From Chrysomallon squamiferum (taxonomy: Eukaryota > Animalia > Mollusca), in the NCBI GenBank assembly GCA_012295275.1, contig CM022671.1, positions 18,600,001 through 18,664,000 on the forward strand: a DNA stretch of 64,000 nt, read 5' to 3'. A model generated the notes under the pieces. That model was not told where the DNA came from. It made no database searches and worked only from the letters and a program-made list of their open reading frames with translations. The position numbers and the translations under genes were made by a program. Every line of letters begins with the position of its first letter. Positions within the stretch are counted from its first letter, which is position 1. Of the stretch, positions 1 through 59,172 are shown piece by piece.

Positions 1-569
1 GAATGAATGAACAAATAAAAATCAGACATTTATTTTACTTCGCACCGTTTTATGTTAGGCCTGTATGATCTAAATTTAACTTCAAAGTCGCATTTAACCA
101 TTGTTAATTCACAGATTAATAAATGCTCGCATGACGGAAAACGTTCATTCCGTTTCGGATACTTTAATATGCATCAGTTTTAAAATATTTTTGTGCTGGA
201 AAGTCTTTTAGGACTAGGCGACAATATCTTTTACATCAATAATGAAACCATAAATAACGCGTATTTTTTGTTTGAAACTGAATAAACAACCAAAATAAAA
301 TCAAACATATTTAATCATGCTTGTTGTGATCGACAAATGAAAATAAACTTTAATAAAAAAAAAAAAAAAAAAAAAAATAAAAAATCTGACCTAAAATTCA
401 TTAAATAGAAAGGTTTATAAACTGGATAAAGAAGCTATTTGAAAAGTCAGTTAATGTGATACGTTAGTCAGCTTCAGTATCTCGTTTAATCAACAGTGTC
501 AGTGAACATAACACTCAGATGACAAAACTAATTAGTATGAGCAAATAATTAGTGCTAGAGGAGTCAGGG

Positions 570-654
<85 letters not shown>

Positions 655-737
655 GTGTCTGCGTGTGCATGCCTCAGCTTCTGTTTGTTAGAAACAAATT
701 GAATTTTTTTAATGTTAAAATAAACAGAGAGAGAAAG

Positions 738-847
<110 letters not shown>

Positions 848-2544
848 ACGAGTCATAGTGGAAAAAACCCAAAAACAATAGTTAAAATGTAATGCTGATG
901 GTGACATAGTAAAAAAAAAAATAACGAAAGGAAACAAAGAAAAAGAAAGAAAAAGAAAGAAATTAGAAAACCACAGAATCTGTCCAGTATGGATTCTCGA
1001 ATGAAATTTACTCGTAAATGGATTCAGATCTGGTGAGTCACGCCAGGCCAGCAACACATAACTCTATTCCAATTTGATTTCCCCCGCTGTAAACGAGACG
1101 AAATAGCCGAGGCAAATTGAGTCAAGTGAACACTGAAGGCGACCATAGAATTCACGTAATAGTTTTGTCGCCGGTGAACGAAGGACCAATAACTTGTTGT
1201 CACGGAACGGTGTTGCAGGAATGCATTAACCGCTCTTTGAGATTCAGACATCTCGTCAGTTGTCTTCCATTCACAGCGCGGCAATTAACTTCCTGAATAT
1301 TTGGCAAATTCTTTCACCGCGATGTCGCTTAAAAAAACAAATTTCGAGTGGAAACGGAAAGTTTGTTCGATATTTTTTTTTGTTCGAATGAAAAAACACA
1401 AATTTAATGGTAAACTTTATTATTATTTTTTTTATTTAAAAAAACTTCAGTATCTTGTTTGAAGGAATAACTGAATGAATGAATAAATGAATGAATGAAT
1501 ATATACGATGTAATAATTTACAGTACGGTGCATTACTTTTCAGTTTTGTACAGTATAACAAAATCTTAAATCTTATTTTTGTAAAAAGATGGAGTAGAGA
1601 AATTGTTTGACATAGTAGCCGAATAAAATAAGAGAATGAAATAAATATGAGATATAATAAAGATCTTTCAATCTACATGTGTTTTTGTTTGTGTACAATT
1701 CCATGGAAATGAAGCTAGCTCTCTCACAGTTTTAAATAAAGAGTCCCCAGACACTCAGGCCCACTGTTACTACTACTGTCACTACTACTGTTTTATTGCC
1801 ACTGTTATTTCCCATTTAACAATACTGCTGTTGTTGCCACTGTAATCATTATCATCATGGACATTATATCTGTCATTAATACTACTCCCGCTACAACAAC
1901 AACAACAACAACAACAACAACTACTACTACTACTACTGCTCCTTCTACTATTACAACTACTATTACTGCTACAACTACTATTATTACTAGAAGTATTATT
2001 ATTTTTATTTTTTTTATTTTTTTTCTTATTATTTATTTTTATTCTCTTTATTTTGTATGTAGGACACGGAAGATGTACTTTATAACTTGTTCTAATTCTA
2101 AAACAACAAAAAATGGAAACACGGAAGCTCTGTACTACTTACACAGCAGTTTATCTAACTTAAGTGAACCTTGGACACGGATGCTGATTGTGTCTATAAA
2201 ACGTAACTTAATCTAACTTTAAACTATTTACAAATTAACATTAATTTTTTTCTTATCAGTTCTCTGATGTCTCGCTTATAAAGCTTGCAAAAAGAGCACG
2301 TGATTACTTATGGGAATGTCATTTTATTTACTTACTGCAATATATCTCACACAGGGAAGTGCACAGGAATATATTACAAGGTGACCGAATTAATAAAAAA
2401 TATATAAAAAATGAAGCATTTACATATTTGGTACAGGAAACTAAAGCGTTTTGTGTATATGAATGTGCGTGAGTTGCATATATAGATATAATTATTTTAT
2501 TAAGCACAATGTGTCCTTCTTAATATAATAATTAAATTTTGTTT

Positions 2545-2585
<41 letters not shown>

Positions 2586-3192
2586 TTATTTTTATTTATT
2601 TATTTATTTATTTATTTATATATATGGCTTATTTACATATATTTTTTTCATTCTGTTGCAAATTTTAGATAACTGTTATCGCGATTCCAGTTAATCTGTT
2701 GTACAATTTTAAATATAAAATAAACCTGAAGTAAGAGATGAAATAAATGAGAACAAAACCAAAAATAAAATGATCTTAATCAACATCATTAACAACGCAA
2801 GTTGTAGCACCAACACCAACACACACACACACACAATAATAAATAAAATAAAATATAATATAATATAAAAGGATTAGAAATCAACACAAAGAGATGATAT
2901 AAATAACAAGAACAAAACCCACAATAAAAGAATCTTAGTTCACATCATTAACAGCACAATTAGTACTAGGAACACCAACATATAAATAAATAAAAAAAAT
3001 AAATAAATAAATAAAAACAAATAACATCAAATAAAATAAAATAAAATAAAATATTATAAAATAAAATAATGAAAAATAAAAATAATTACAATAAACATGT
3101 TTGTAAAACAGATGAAAATAGCTAAAAAGATGATGAAAACTATTATCCATAAACAATTTGACCTCAGTCTGTCTATGCACCAGCATGACTTC

Positions 3193-3227
<35 letters not shown>

Positions 3228-4824
3228 CGCACACGCCAAAAACCGGTTCTCTTTGTTTAATAAATAACAATAAGTGGATATCGATGTTTGCTCCAATTTC
3301 ATTCTTTTTTCTGACCCTTCATTGTTTACGTCAAAGCTTTTTCCCGACCAGCTATCGTAATGAAAGTTAATAAATAATAGCACCTTTAGAAACCACCATC
3401 ACCTGAGTCTGCCATATGTTGCAAGCTCATCTCGGAAGCAGACGAGAATTGATGTTTTATCGTCTGCTTCCAGTGCAGCGTAATGCTATACTTTGCGTAG
3501 TAATATGCCAGTAAACAAAACCCAACTCCTCCCTTCCCCGAAAAAACAAAACCTAAAAAAAAAAAAAAAAAAAAATAAAGATATATATATATTTTTTAAT
3601 AATAACCCCAACAAAACAAACCCCCTCCAAAAGCCCCCAAAATCCCCAGACAAAACAAGAACAACAACACAAATGATAATAAATAAAGTTTTAAAACAAA
3701 AAACAAGCAAACAACAAAACAAAACAAAAACAATCAAACTATCTGCTTAATAAAATAATAAAAGAGAGAGAACTACAAGAGCAAACACAAGATAAAAAAA
3801 AAAAAAAAAAAAAAAAACGTGAAATTTTCTCCTTGTATTTCTTTTCATATATTTGTTTTTTATAATTTTTTCAGAATGGTAAACAAATGTGACTAAAAGT
3901 TTAAAGAAGTTTATTTATTTATTTATTTATTTATAATAATAATAATAATAATAATAGTTTTAGTACTAGTTTTAGTAAAAGTAGTAGTAACAGTATTAGT
4001 ATTAGAATTAATAGTAAAAATAACAGTAGTAGTAGTAGTAGTAATAGTATAATGATGATGATGATAATGAAATACACAGCTGGACTACCTTAATAATAAT
4101 TTTGTCACATTGTATTGCTATTAGGCATTTAGTGTAAAGATGTTAATTATCTCGAGTAAAACATTATAACATATATTTGTATCATTTGTTAAAGTGTATG
4201 CTACTAGTGATCATTTCATTTTATCCCTGTCTTAATCTGTTTTAAGTAATACAGATTAAAAATAGATAGATATTAATTACACTGGGTACTGAAGACATAT
4301 AAATGTTATCTAACGGTACAGATAACTAAACACAGATCGATTATTGTAACACATGGCGTATATTTTTACATTACCTTTTTTTTTTTAAAGATAAAATTAG
4401 CATGTTTGTTGGTTTCTGTTGGTAGTGATTTCTGTTTTCACGAAATAATACTATTATGTGTATTTGGAAGCTGGTTGTGTATACTTTTTCCCAGCCGACA
4501 GAGAGTAATAAAATAAAATATACACAATTATAATCAGCAGCTGACTCACTCAGTAACAACAAGGATATGTCATATAATCTGTTTACCTGACTAATTTATT
4601 AATGTCAAATTTTTGAATGGTTTATATCATATGTCCGACGCCCGCTTTATAAATAGAAATAAAATGTATGTCGTTATATAAAATATTTACTTCAGTTTTC
4701 TATTTTTGTGTTTAGAGATTGATGGATATGTATATATATATATACATACATACATACAGAAAGAGAGAGAGAGAGATAGATACAGAAATAGTGTAATATA
4801 TATATGTGTGTGTAGATATCTCAG

Positions 4825-4880
<56 letters not shown>

Positions 4881-5149
4881 ACACATATATATATATATAT
4901 TACACTATTTCTGTTAACTTTACTATTGATACTAATAAACACATCTAGCACTATTTATTTTTCAAATATTATTATCATCATCATCATTATTATTATTATT
5001 ATTACTGTTACTATTATATTTTATTTTATTGTTGTTATTACTTTTTATTTTATTGGTGTTGATGTTACTATTATAATTATAATAATTATTATTATTACTT
5101 TTTTATTTTATTGTTGTTACTACTATTATTATTATAATAATTATCATCA

Positions 5150-5209
<60 letters not shown>

Positions 5210-5669
5210 TCTTCGCCTTCATATTCTAAAATTAAAAATTTGGCAGGCCTCTGCTCTGTTTGATCTTTACAAATAATCAGTGCTCACATTACAATATTCT
5301 AAACTGTTGGCTTTGTCCACCGAGATAAATTACTTCTTTGAATTTTCAACATGCAGTTTCGAAATGCAATTTGCCATGTAGTGCTAACAATGAAGAAACA
5401 CAGACGCTGCTAATTCTTCTCTGGGATCAGTGTTATTCCCTGTTGCCAACGAGCGGGGGTCCAGCGTACTGCATCGAAATAGAAATGTTGAATTTGATTT
5501 TGGTTTGGCAATTAAGTATCGATTTGGTGGCTTAACACGGGGCGTTTAAAACTCGAAAGGGCGCGTGTAATAAGCCGGTTATGCTTCAGTGGACAAACAG
5601 AGGCAAAAGTTGCATCGTACGGGATGAATCAATGAAACTGTCAAATTAAATTAGTTTAATAAGCGAACT

Positions 5670-5725
<56 letters not shown>

Positions 5726-7053
5726 CTCAGTATTTTTTCTTCGTAAAAAGTTATCTTTTCTTCTTATTTTAAAAATGAAAATTTTAATATCTGAAATTTA
5801 AAAATGTCACTTCATTCTGTTTAATATTTTACATTAAGGATTTTTTTTTTTTTATTTTTTTTTTTTAAAATTAATATATTACTTTATTCTTTCCTTCTCA
5901 CTTTTTACTTCAGTTTACAGTAAGTAATCAAGTTGTTTGTTTTTTTTGGTCACTTTTTCCCTTAATTTATTACTTATTGTATCGGCTAATATTTATAGTA
6001 GAGGTTGTGTTAGTAACATTATTATTAACAGTAGGCCTAATAGTAAACCTATTTAGTAATATATATATACACACACACACAACGATAATTGTATCTAAAT
6101 ATGACAACAATTATTATTATAGCAGTAGCAGTAGTAAGAAAAAAGTAATAATAATAATAATAATGATAATAATAATAATATATGGATAGTATTAAAAACA
6201 TTCTAACTATCAATCAATCAATAAATATATTTTAAAGAAATATTAAACGCACTACTGACAGCTGTTACTGTCTAGTGACATTTGAGTTGTCTCCCTCTAA
6301 CAATAATTAAACATCCGCATTGCTGACACAAAAACATGTTTATCCAAGTGCTTTTTGTTATCACAATAATAGATTTTTGTCGTAAAAAGAAAATAATAAT
6401 AAAAAGTAGTAAGACTTTTCTGTACGTTTTATCTATAGTTTTAAATTCAAAAAAAAAAAAATAAATAAATAAATAAATAAATAAATAAATGAATAATGAA
6501 AAAAAAAAATAAAATTGAAGAAAAGAAGAAAAAAAGAAAATTTGTATTGTAAAACTCGTGTAAAATGAGAAATTGTTGAAAACATAAGTCCTCTAAAAGC
6601 AAGAAACCGAAATAAATGCACGCTCATAAACACCACAGCTAAAAACAAAGAAATGAGAACAAGAAAACAAACAAGCAAATAAAACATGACCATAAGCCGA
6701 TTAGTAACAACATTTTAAACAAATATCACCACTACTACAACGACTGTGAGAACATAACTACCACTACGGCACATCTACTACTACTACTACTACTAGTACT
6801 ATCAGTAATATCAATAATCGCAGAAATTACTCTAAAAAAACAATATACATATATGTATGTATATATATATATATATATGCATATGAGAGATCCACACAAA
6901 TTATATTACGCATACAAAACATTTCTCATACTGAAACATATAAATATATAAATAAAAAATCTTCAATCCAAATAATATATATATATTCCTGTTATGCTGT
7001 CCCCACTGGCTACCAGTAATGTAAATATATTATGTGTGTGTGTGTGTGTGTAC

Positions 7054-7090
<37 letters not shown>

Positions 7091-7206
7091 CATACACATG
7101 TATGTATGTATGCATAGGATTACGTATTATGTATGTATGTATAAAATAGACCAGCATTACTCTGCAAAATAATATTTCTGTCAACTCAAAACTCGAGTTC
7201 ATTTAT

Positions 7207-7294
7207 TTCCGAGAAACCGGATCTAACGTAGCTCAGCCAACAGCGTACGACGAAGTGGGGCAAACACATCACTAGTCAGTTATTTCACTCAGTC
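7207..7294 (+). promoter_or_regulatory. Candidate proximal promoter of the IL-17R-like gene (GAS-like site and Inr-like motifs)
   Basis: TTCCGAGAA (TTCN3GAA) at 7207-7215. Initiator-like TCAGTT at 7276 and TCAGTC at 7289 lie 35-50 nt upstream of the ATG. Motif match only. Confidence 0.35.
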
Positions 7295-7324
7295 CCGGTG
7301 TAAACAGATAAGGAGGAGAAAAAA

Positions 7325-26126
<18,802 letters not shown>

Positions 26127-26680
26127 TTCTGCTTTCGTTTATATTTTTGTAATTAGTATTGCGAAAATATGAAAACGTTGATCATACAACTGCTTATAAC
26201 AGTTACTCTACATCTGATTTATAATTTTCTGTGAGCCTTTTTGGAGAAAGTTGAAGATAAAGCATATCGGTAATTTTCTGACTGATATTTCAAACAATAC
26301 TGTTAGTGACACTAATGTATTTTCCCACAAATATGTCACAGATTTGGCCATTAATTATGTAGGTAATATCATGTTGATTATATCTAGTACTTATCTATCC
26401 GTTTCATGAATTTTGTTTGATTTCCAACAAGTTTTTCTATTACAAGCAACCATATGTATGCAGTTTACACATATATCAATTCTTTGTGTACTTTTAGATT
26501 TTGAATCACCCTATAAATCAGTCATTTGAAAAATATTTGATTCCCACAATCCAATAATTTATTTTCATGTAGTGATTATTTAATGTGAAGTGTACAGAAA
26601 ATAGTATCAGATTATCAGTTTCATTTGTAAGTATACCTTTGGCAGCAATACATATATATGTTATTGGGAAAAAGAGAGAT

Positions 26681-26805
<125 letters not shown>

Positions 26806-27028
26806 CAAATTGTATATGAATTGTTCAATGCAAAAATTTTGTATATATGGAGCAGGACTATAGATGTCTCCACAGCATAGTTTACATAGTTAATCACATT
26901 CATTGCCAAATATCAAACATTTTATATTTTCTGTTCTACGTTTCATTTATGTAAGATAAACATGTATTGCTTTGCTCTGTTGCTGGAAAATTAACTATTT
27001 CTTTCATGTCATTTCTAACAGTTGATGT

Positions 27029-27034
27029 AATAAA
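27029..27034 (+). terminator. Candidate polyadenylation signal of the IL-17R-like gene
   Basis: AATAAA followed by CA and a GU-rich tract (tggttggattgtaattgttgttg). A second AATAAA lies at 27374-27379. Confidence 0.45.
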
Positions 27035-27108
27035 TACTTTTTTCACAATGGTTGGATTGTAATTGTTGTTGTTGTTGTCGCTCTTAATTCATCTTCTTCC
27101 TTTTCTTC

Positions 27109-27140
<32 letters not shown>

Positions 27141-27442
27141 CTGTGTCTTCTTCTTCATCTTCTTTTTTCTTCTTCTTCTTCTTATTGTTATTATTATGTT
27201 TATCATTATGCCTTAATGTTTGAATGTATGTTTGCTTGAACAATTATTTCATAATAGATTAAGAAAATAATAATGTGAATTGTTGATCAAACTTGCATTT
27301 CAAATTCTTGTTTAGACAGATACCGGTTTAGCATATTTATTCATTACCTTCAAATGCTTGTTTTCTGTTCTGAAATAAAGACGCATGCGTGCGAGTCAAA
27401 CAAAGCATTCTTAAGTAGAATTTAGATGATTTGTAGAAGGTT

Positions 27443-27448
27443 TTTATT
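27443..27448 (-). terminator. Candidate distal polyadenylation signal of the Piccolo-like gene
   Basis: Minus-strand AATAAA followed by CA and tgctttgtttg. Other AATAAA hexamers exist in 27500-31400, so the site is not unique. Confidence 0.3.
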
Positions 27449-27695
27449 TTATTTTATTATCATTCTTTTTTTTAAAGTGAACTTTGACCCGTCCCCCCCC
27501 CAAAAAGAGGAAAAACCAGACATATCTTCTTTACTTAGAGATGCTTTCAAAGCACAGACGGCAGCGACTTAAAGAGTAGTTTAAAAAATAAAATAAAGTA
27601 GTATAATAATAATAGTAATAATAATAATAATAATAATAATATTGATGTTGATGATAATAATAATAATAAAAGAAACAACCCAACAAATAAATAGA

Positions 27696-27726
<31 letters not shown>

Positions 27727-27739
27727 AAATAAGATATAA

Positions 27740-27780
<41 letters not shown>

Positions 27781-29078
27781 TAACAAAACAAAACAAAAAA
27801 ACAAAAAGAAAAAGAAGACTACAACAACAAACTTTGTTATAAAATATGGAATTACTGCGTCGATTAAAATTCAAATTTTGAAAAATATTCTTGGGTTTCA
27901 AAAAGTTACGAATTTACCCGTGTAGTAAAAATAACAAAGTATTCTATATTAGTAATGTTTTATTAAAAAAATATTAAATCTTCAGCAGTAACATAGATAA
28001 ATTCTTTAACATAATATGCATATAGTAATATATTTCACGTTAACATATACAGTATATACATAAACATTTCTAAGTAAACAATAATAATTATTTCAGAGGG
28101 TAATGCAACGAGAAAACGAAGAGAAAACGTAACATAACAATATAACACACTTTGTAATTTCCCGTTAGCTAACAGTAAGAAACGTACCTAACAAATCAAT
28201 GTTGTATAATATTAGAGAACAGTGTTTATACAGTAAATTTCATTTAACAAAACATACAGTTTCACAAACATTATTTGATGCGAAAAGTACAAGCATGTAA
28301 ATATTAATACGAATGAAGAGTTTCATAACAAACCGCGATATACCCACTGGCACCATTTTGAGAAAAACACAACAAACAAACCCGGAGAATACACTAGATA
28401 GTGGTGGTTCCGCTCTGAAATAAAAGCATATTTCTCAGAGCTGGTATCTGTGGTTTATATCGTACTTTACCAAAAAGTGGACACGGGACGTTAATATGGC
28501 TCTCCATTGTCGATATTTTAGTACTGGCAACTTTATTTATTATTATTATTATTATTATTTTTTTTTTTTTATATATATATTCTTGGGGTTTATCACGTTT
28601 TGTGATGAAACTATTCAAATTAACTTTTACATCCTATTTCGCATTTATTATTGCGGATTCACAGCTTAAATGCGAAAGATTGAAAATTTCAACTGATTAC
28701 TGGTTACATATTTCTATGAATTGTGTTTAATTCACGTTAGTATACAGATATGGACTAATACAATTAGAAAACAAACCATCGGACTGTAATTACACATAGA
28801 TATATAACAGTGTGTTTCACAGCTTGTGTACGTATTTGTGCGTGTATTTAGTCGCGCATGAACGTCTGCTTATAATGTTATAGATATTTTGTACGTGTGC
28901 GTGTGTGTGTATGTATGTATGTATGTCAGTATGAGAAAAGTTCGTAGGTTTTTATATACGAATGTGTGTAAAGCAGTGTCTCTTGTCTTTCTGTCTGTTA
29001 GACAGTCAGTCAGTCAGTCAGGCTGTCAATCTGTTATTTCTTTTTATCTATCTGTCTGTCTGTCTATGTCTATGTCTA

Positions 29079-29139
<61 letters not shown>

Positions 29140-29626
29140 CTGTCTGTCTGTCTTTGTGTGTGTCTCTCTGTTTACGTGCCTATTTATCGATCTAACGGTG
29201 TGTTTGTGTGTGCGCGTGTATATACGTGTATTTGTAGATCGACAGAACAATGGCTCTTGCGAAAAACAATAGAGACGTTCAAACACACTACAAACAACTC
29301 TTAAAATTATTAATTACATTACACCTTAAAATACGTACCCACAGTATGATATATCTATTATCTTATCATTACTTGCATTTATCATGTTAGCACTAGGATA
29401 AAAAAAACTAAAAAAAACACACACACACACATTAAAAGCGAAGAATGACAACAAGTGTGCATCGCATTTATAATAAATTAAAGTTTCACACACACACACA
29501 TTGTAACTATGAAATGTACTTGTAGATTTCACTTTGTATAATTATATGTGCTACCATGTAGTGTTATACAAATTCAACGGCCTCCAGTTAAGAATATAAC
29601 TACATAGAATAATAATAATAATAATA

Positions 29627-29665
<39 letters not shown>

Positions 29666-30554
29666 CAAGAACTATAACAATAATAGCAATAATAATAATA
29701 ATAGTAATAATAATAATATTCGTAATAGTAATAGTAGTAGTAATTGTAATAATAATAACAATAATAATAATAATAATAATAATAACAGTAACAATAATAA
29801 TAATAAAGTAGAGTCCAGATGCAAATTTTGCTACTCGAGTTGTTTAAAATTAATGTACAGTATTATAAAGTGACTACAGATAAGCATCATTGAATACAGT
29901 TCTATAACATGCTTGCTTTATTTTTATACTTGGGCATGTCGTCGCCTATTTACCCATGTATTTTCAGGCCTGGGTATCTAGTTAGCTTATTATTTAATAC
30001 TGACACAACAAAAACAACCACGCCTTTATAAATACAGAATATGCAAGTGCTTATATATATATATATATATATATATATAACATAATACATAAACATCACC
30101 TACCTTTTACATGTACACGTATTTTTATTCCGTATCTTTTACAATATTCCCACAACTTCAGCTAATGATAAAATTATACAAAACATTCACACGTACCAAT
30201 TGTTTTGCTCTCTGTATATAATATTCATACCATGCATGCCATTTTTATATACACCGTTATTATATACACCAAGTCCACACAATATTAGCAATAGTTCAAA
30301 CTTATTACACATGATTTTGCGATTGCTTTAAACAACATTTTCCAAATGTGTATGTTAATTTATATCCTTATTTATTATGCTGGCTTCAACAACAATAAGT
30401 AGTAATAATAATGTGAATCACAAATTTGAACGAAGAATTACATATGTTCTAGGATTTTCATACAGTGGTCAAATTGTACATAATTCTAAGGTGAAATACG
30501 GATCAAACTGCTTAACACAACGATAATATTTTTAAAAAAACTAGATATTTATAT

Positions 30555-31340
30555 GGCAATAAAGCTATATCAGAATGGATTCTAAAATAGTGATCCAGTT
30601 GTGTATTACTGATATAAGTTTCAAGCAACTTGTTGCTGACTGAAGAGATAATTATCAAACAGCACATCACTAGATCTTATGATTATAATCCAATTGCAGA
30701 AAGGTGTTAAGCTGTTTATCTCTGGATTACCCAAAGAGCAGTTAATCTGTACATCACTAGACACTAAGATAGCACTGAAGCATAGTTTGTGACTTGGTAA
30801 TCAGATAGAAGTCAAGCTGTATGTTGTTGGGTACTTAGCCATCAAGCTGTATGTCTCTGGAAACTGAAATAGCAATCACATTATATAACACTGGTTACTA
30901 GGATGGCAGTCAAGCTGTTTATCATTGTGTACTCAGATAGCAATCAAGCAAGATATCAGTGGATACTCTGATAATTTTCAGGTTGTATATCACTGGATAC
31001 ATAGAAATAATCAAGCCGTACATCAATGGAGACTAAGCTAGAATTTACATTTTATATCTCTGATCGTACGACAGCAATGAAGCTGTATACTAATTGGCAG
31101 TCAAGCTGCATATCACTGGATACTCACATAGCAATCAATCTGTTTATCAGTGGATACACAGATAATAACCAAGCTGTATACCACAGGACACTCAGTAATC
31201 AAGCTATATATCACTGGAAACTGCGATAGCAAATACACTGGATATTAAGATAGCTTATATCCCTGGAAATGGAGATAGTAAAAAAGATGACTGCATCACT
31301 GAACGAACGTTACTGGAAGCCAGTTAAGAATAAATCACTA
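30555..31340. repeat. Degenerate 34-bp tandem repeat in the putative Piccolo-like 3' UTR
   Basis: Consensus TAGCAATCAAGCTGTATATCACTGGATACTCAGA, roughly 20 diverged copies. Confidence 0.8.
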
Positions 31341-31494
31341 ATGCAGATACAGAATCCACAGGGCACGTGGTGGAACTAAAACACAAAAGCTGTATTACAC
31401 ATTTTCTGCTTTTGATGTAGAATAGTTAACTGGAATCTGTCAGCGTGTATGAGGTTTCTCCAGTTTGGTTGTTTGGCACGAAAGGCGAAAGACA

Positions 31495-57911
<26,417 letters not shown>

Positions 57912-57949
57912 CTGAAAAAAACAAAAATATTGATAATTAGTTCAGTGTA

Positions 57950-58152
57950 TGTAGTATGTAAGTACCTTAGCATTAAGATATTTCCTGTCTTAGATACGTC
58001 TGAATAGATTCTGCACATAGACAATATTCGGGAACGCAAGGCCCAAGAGGACAAAGTCCAATTACGACCTCAGATGTCGCTGACGAGACTCGAACGTATG
58101 ACACCCATTCGCCCGCACCCCGAAGGCGGACGACGTTAAAGTTCGGCCATCA
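57950..58152 (-). mobile_element. tRNA-derived SINE-like element
   Basis: Minus strand: A-box-like GATGGCCGAAC, then B-box GTTCGAGTC about 55 nt from the start. GC-rich head, then a body ending in an acatac-type tail. No intact cloverleaf. Confidence 0.45.
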
Positions 58153-59112
58153 AGACAATCTTAAAAAACAGTTAATCAATAACCCAGGGTAATCATCGCT
58201 TCCCCGGAGTACGCCGTTCTTTTGGTTTTTCGTAATTTTTGCGTGCTTCCACATTTTTTTTAATGGAAAACTTGGGACTGGCAAATATGTGTTTTAGAAT
58301 TTGAATATTCTCAGTCTGTGTATGCTTGTAAAATGCGTAAAGATACACACGCGCATACCCCCCCACACACACACACACATAGAAGAAGACATAGTAAGAT
58401 GTACTAATGCTGTCTTTAAAAAAATATCTGATGATGCTTTGTTCTATTAAGGATCAGAAATGCACGACAGTCACTCGGATTGAAACAGATAACACGTTGA
58501 TCAGGATGAGTTTAAACCTATAACAATCTCAGATCATACCAGAAAATTAATGACTGTCAGGAATAAACGGTGTCCTCCCTCCTAACCAAAAACCTAACCA
58601 AATCAGTCTATTACAACAACACTGGGTTTTGGCTAAGTGGGAATTGGGTGGTAAGGGATTAACTTTGGTCAGTCTATTGTATTCGTGTTATAGTCTGTAT
58701 CAATACCTCTGGATATCAGCGTTGTCTCTAAAAGGGATGGCTAGTTTGCATGATTCTCGTCAGTATCGGATTATACACTGGGTGTAATGAAAAAACACCT
58801 ATGTGGGTAATTGGTACATGACTTGTACATCTATCAGTAGTAATAATCTTTATTAATACACTGGTTTTAAATATTAGTCTCTCGTAAGCCTTACTATTTA
58901 CCTGATAGCTCTTCCTCATACAGGAGTGACTTGGTTGGCCTTTAGAGTACTGCTGTCTACTGAGCTATATTCACTTAATATTAAAAAACCCGGATCATAG
59001 CCCTTAATAGAAATTTACTATCAAAACATTTGGTCCAGGTATCCCAAAATCATTTTGGCTAGATTCTTTAAGGTTTATGCTAGGTGGGTGTGAACAGGAA
59101 TAAACATAACAG

Positions 59113-59172
<60 letters not shown>

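Noticed and set aside
1010-1284. Minus-strand WPG..SPDLNPF resembling the Tc1/mariner WPxxSPDLNPIE motif
   Set aside because: It needs a frameshift, has no upstream QDN motif at the expected spacing, lacks the catalytic residue and shows no TIRs. It overlaps an AP-1 site (TGAGTCA at 1034), so it may be regulatory or chance.
58074-58152. tRNA gene
   Set aside because: A and B boxes are present, but no acceptor stem or anticodon arm can be built. It is better explained as a SINE head.
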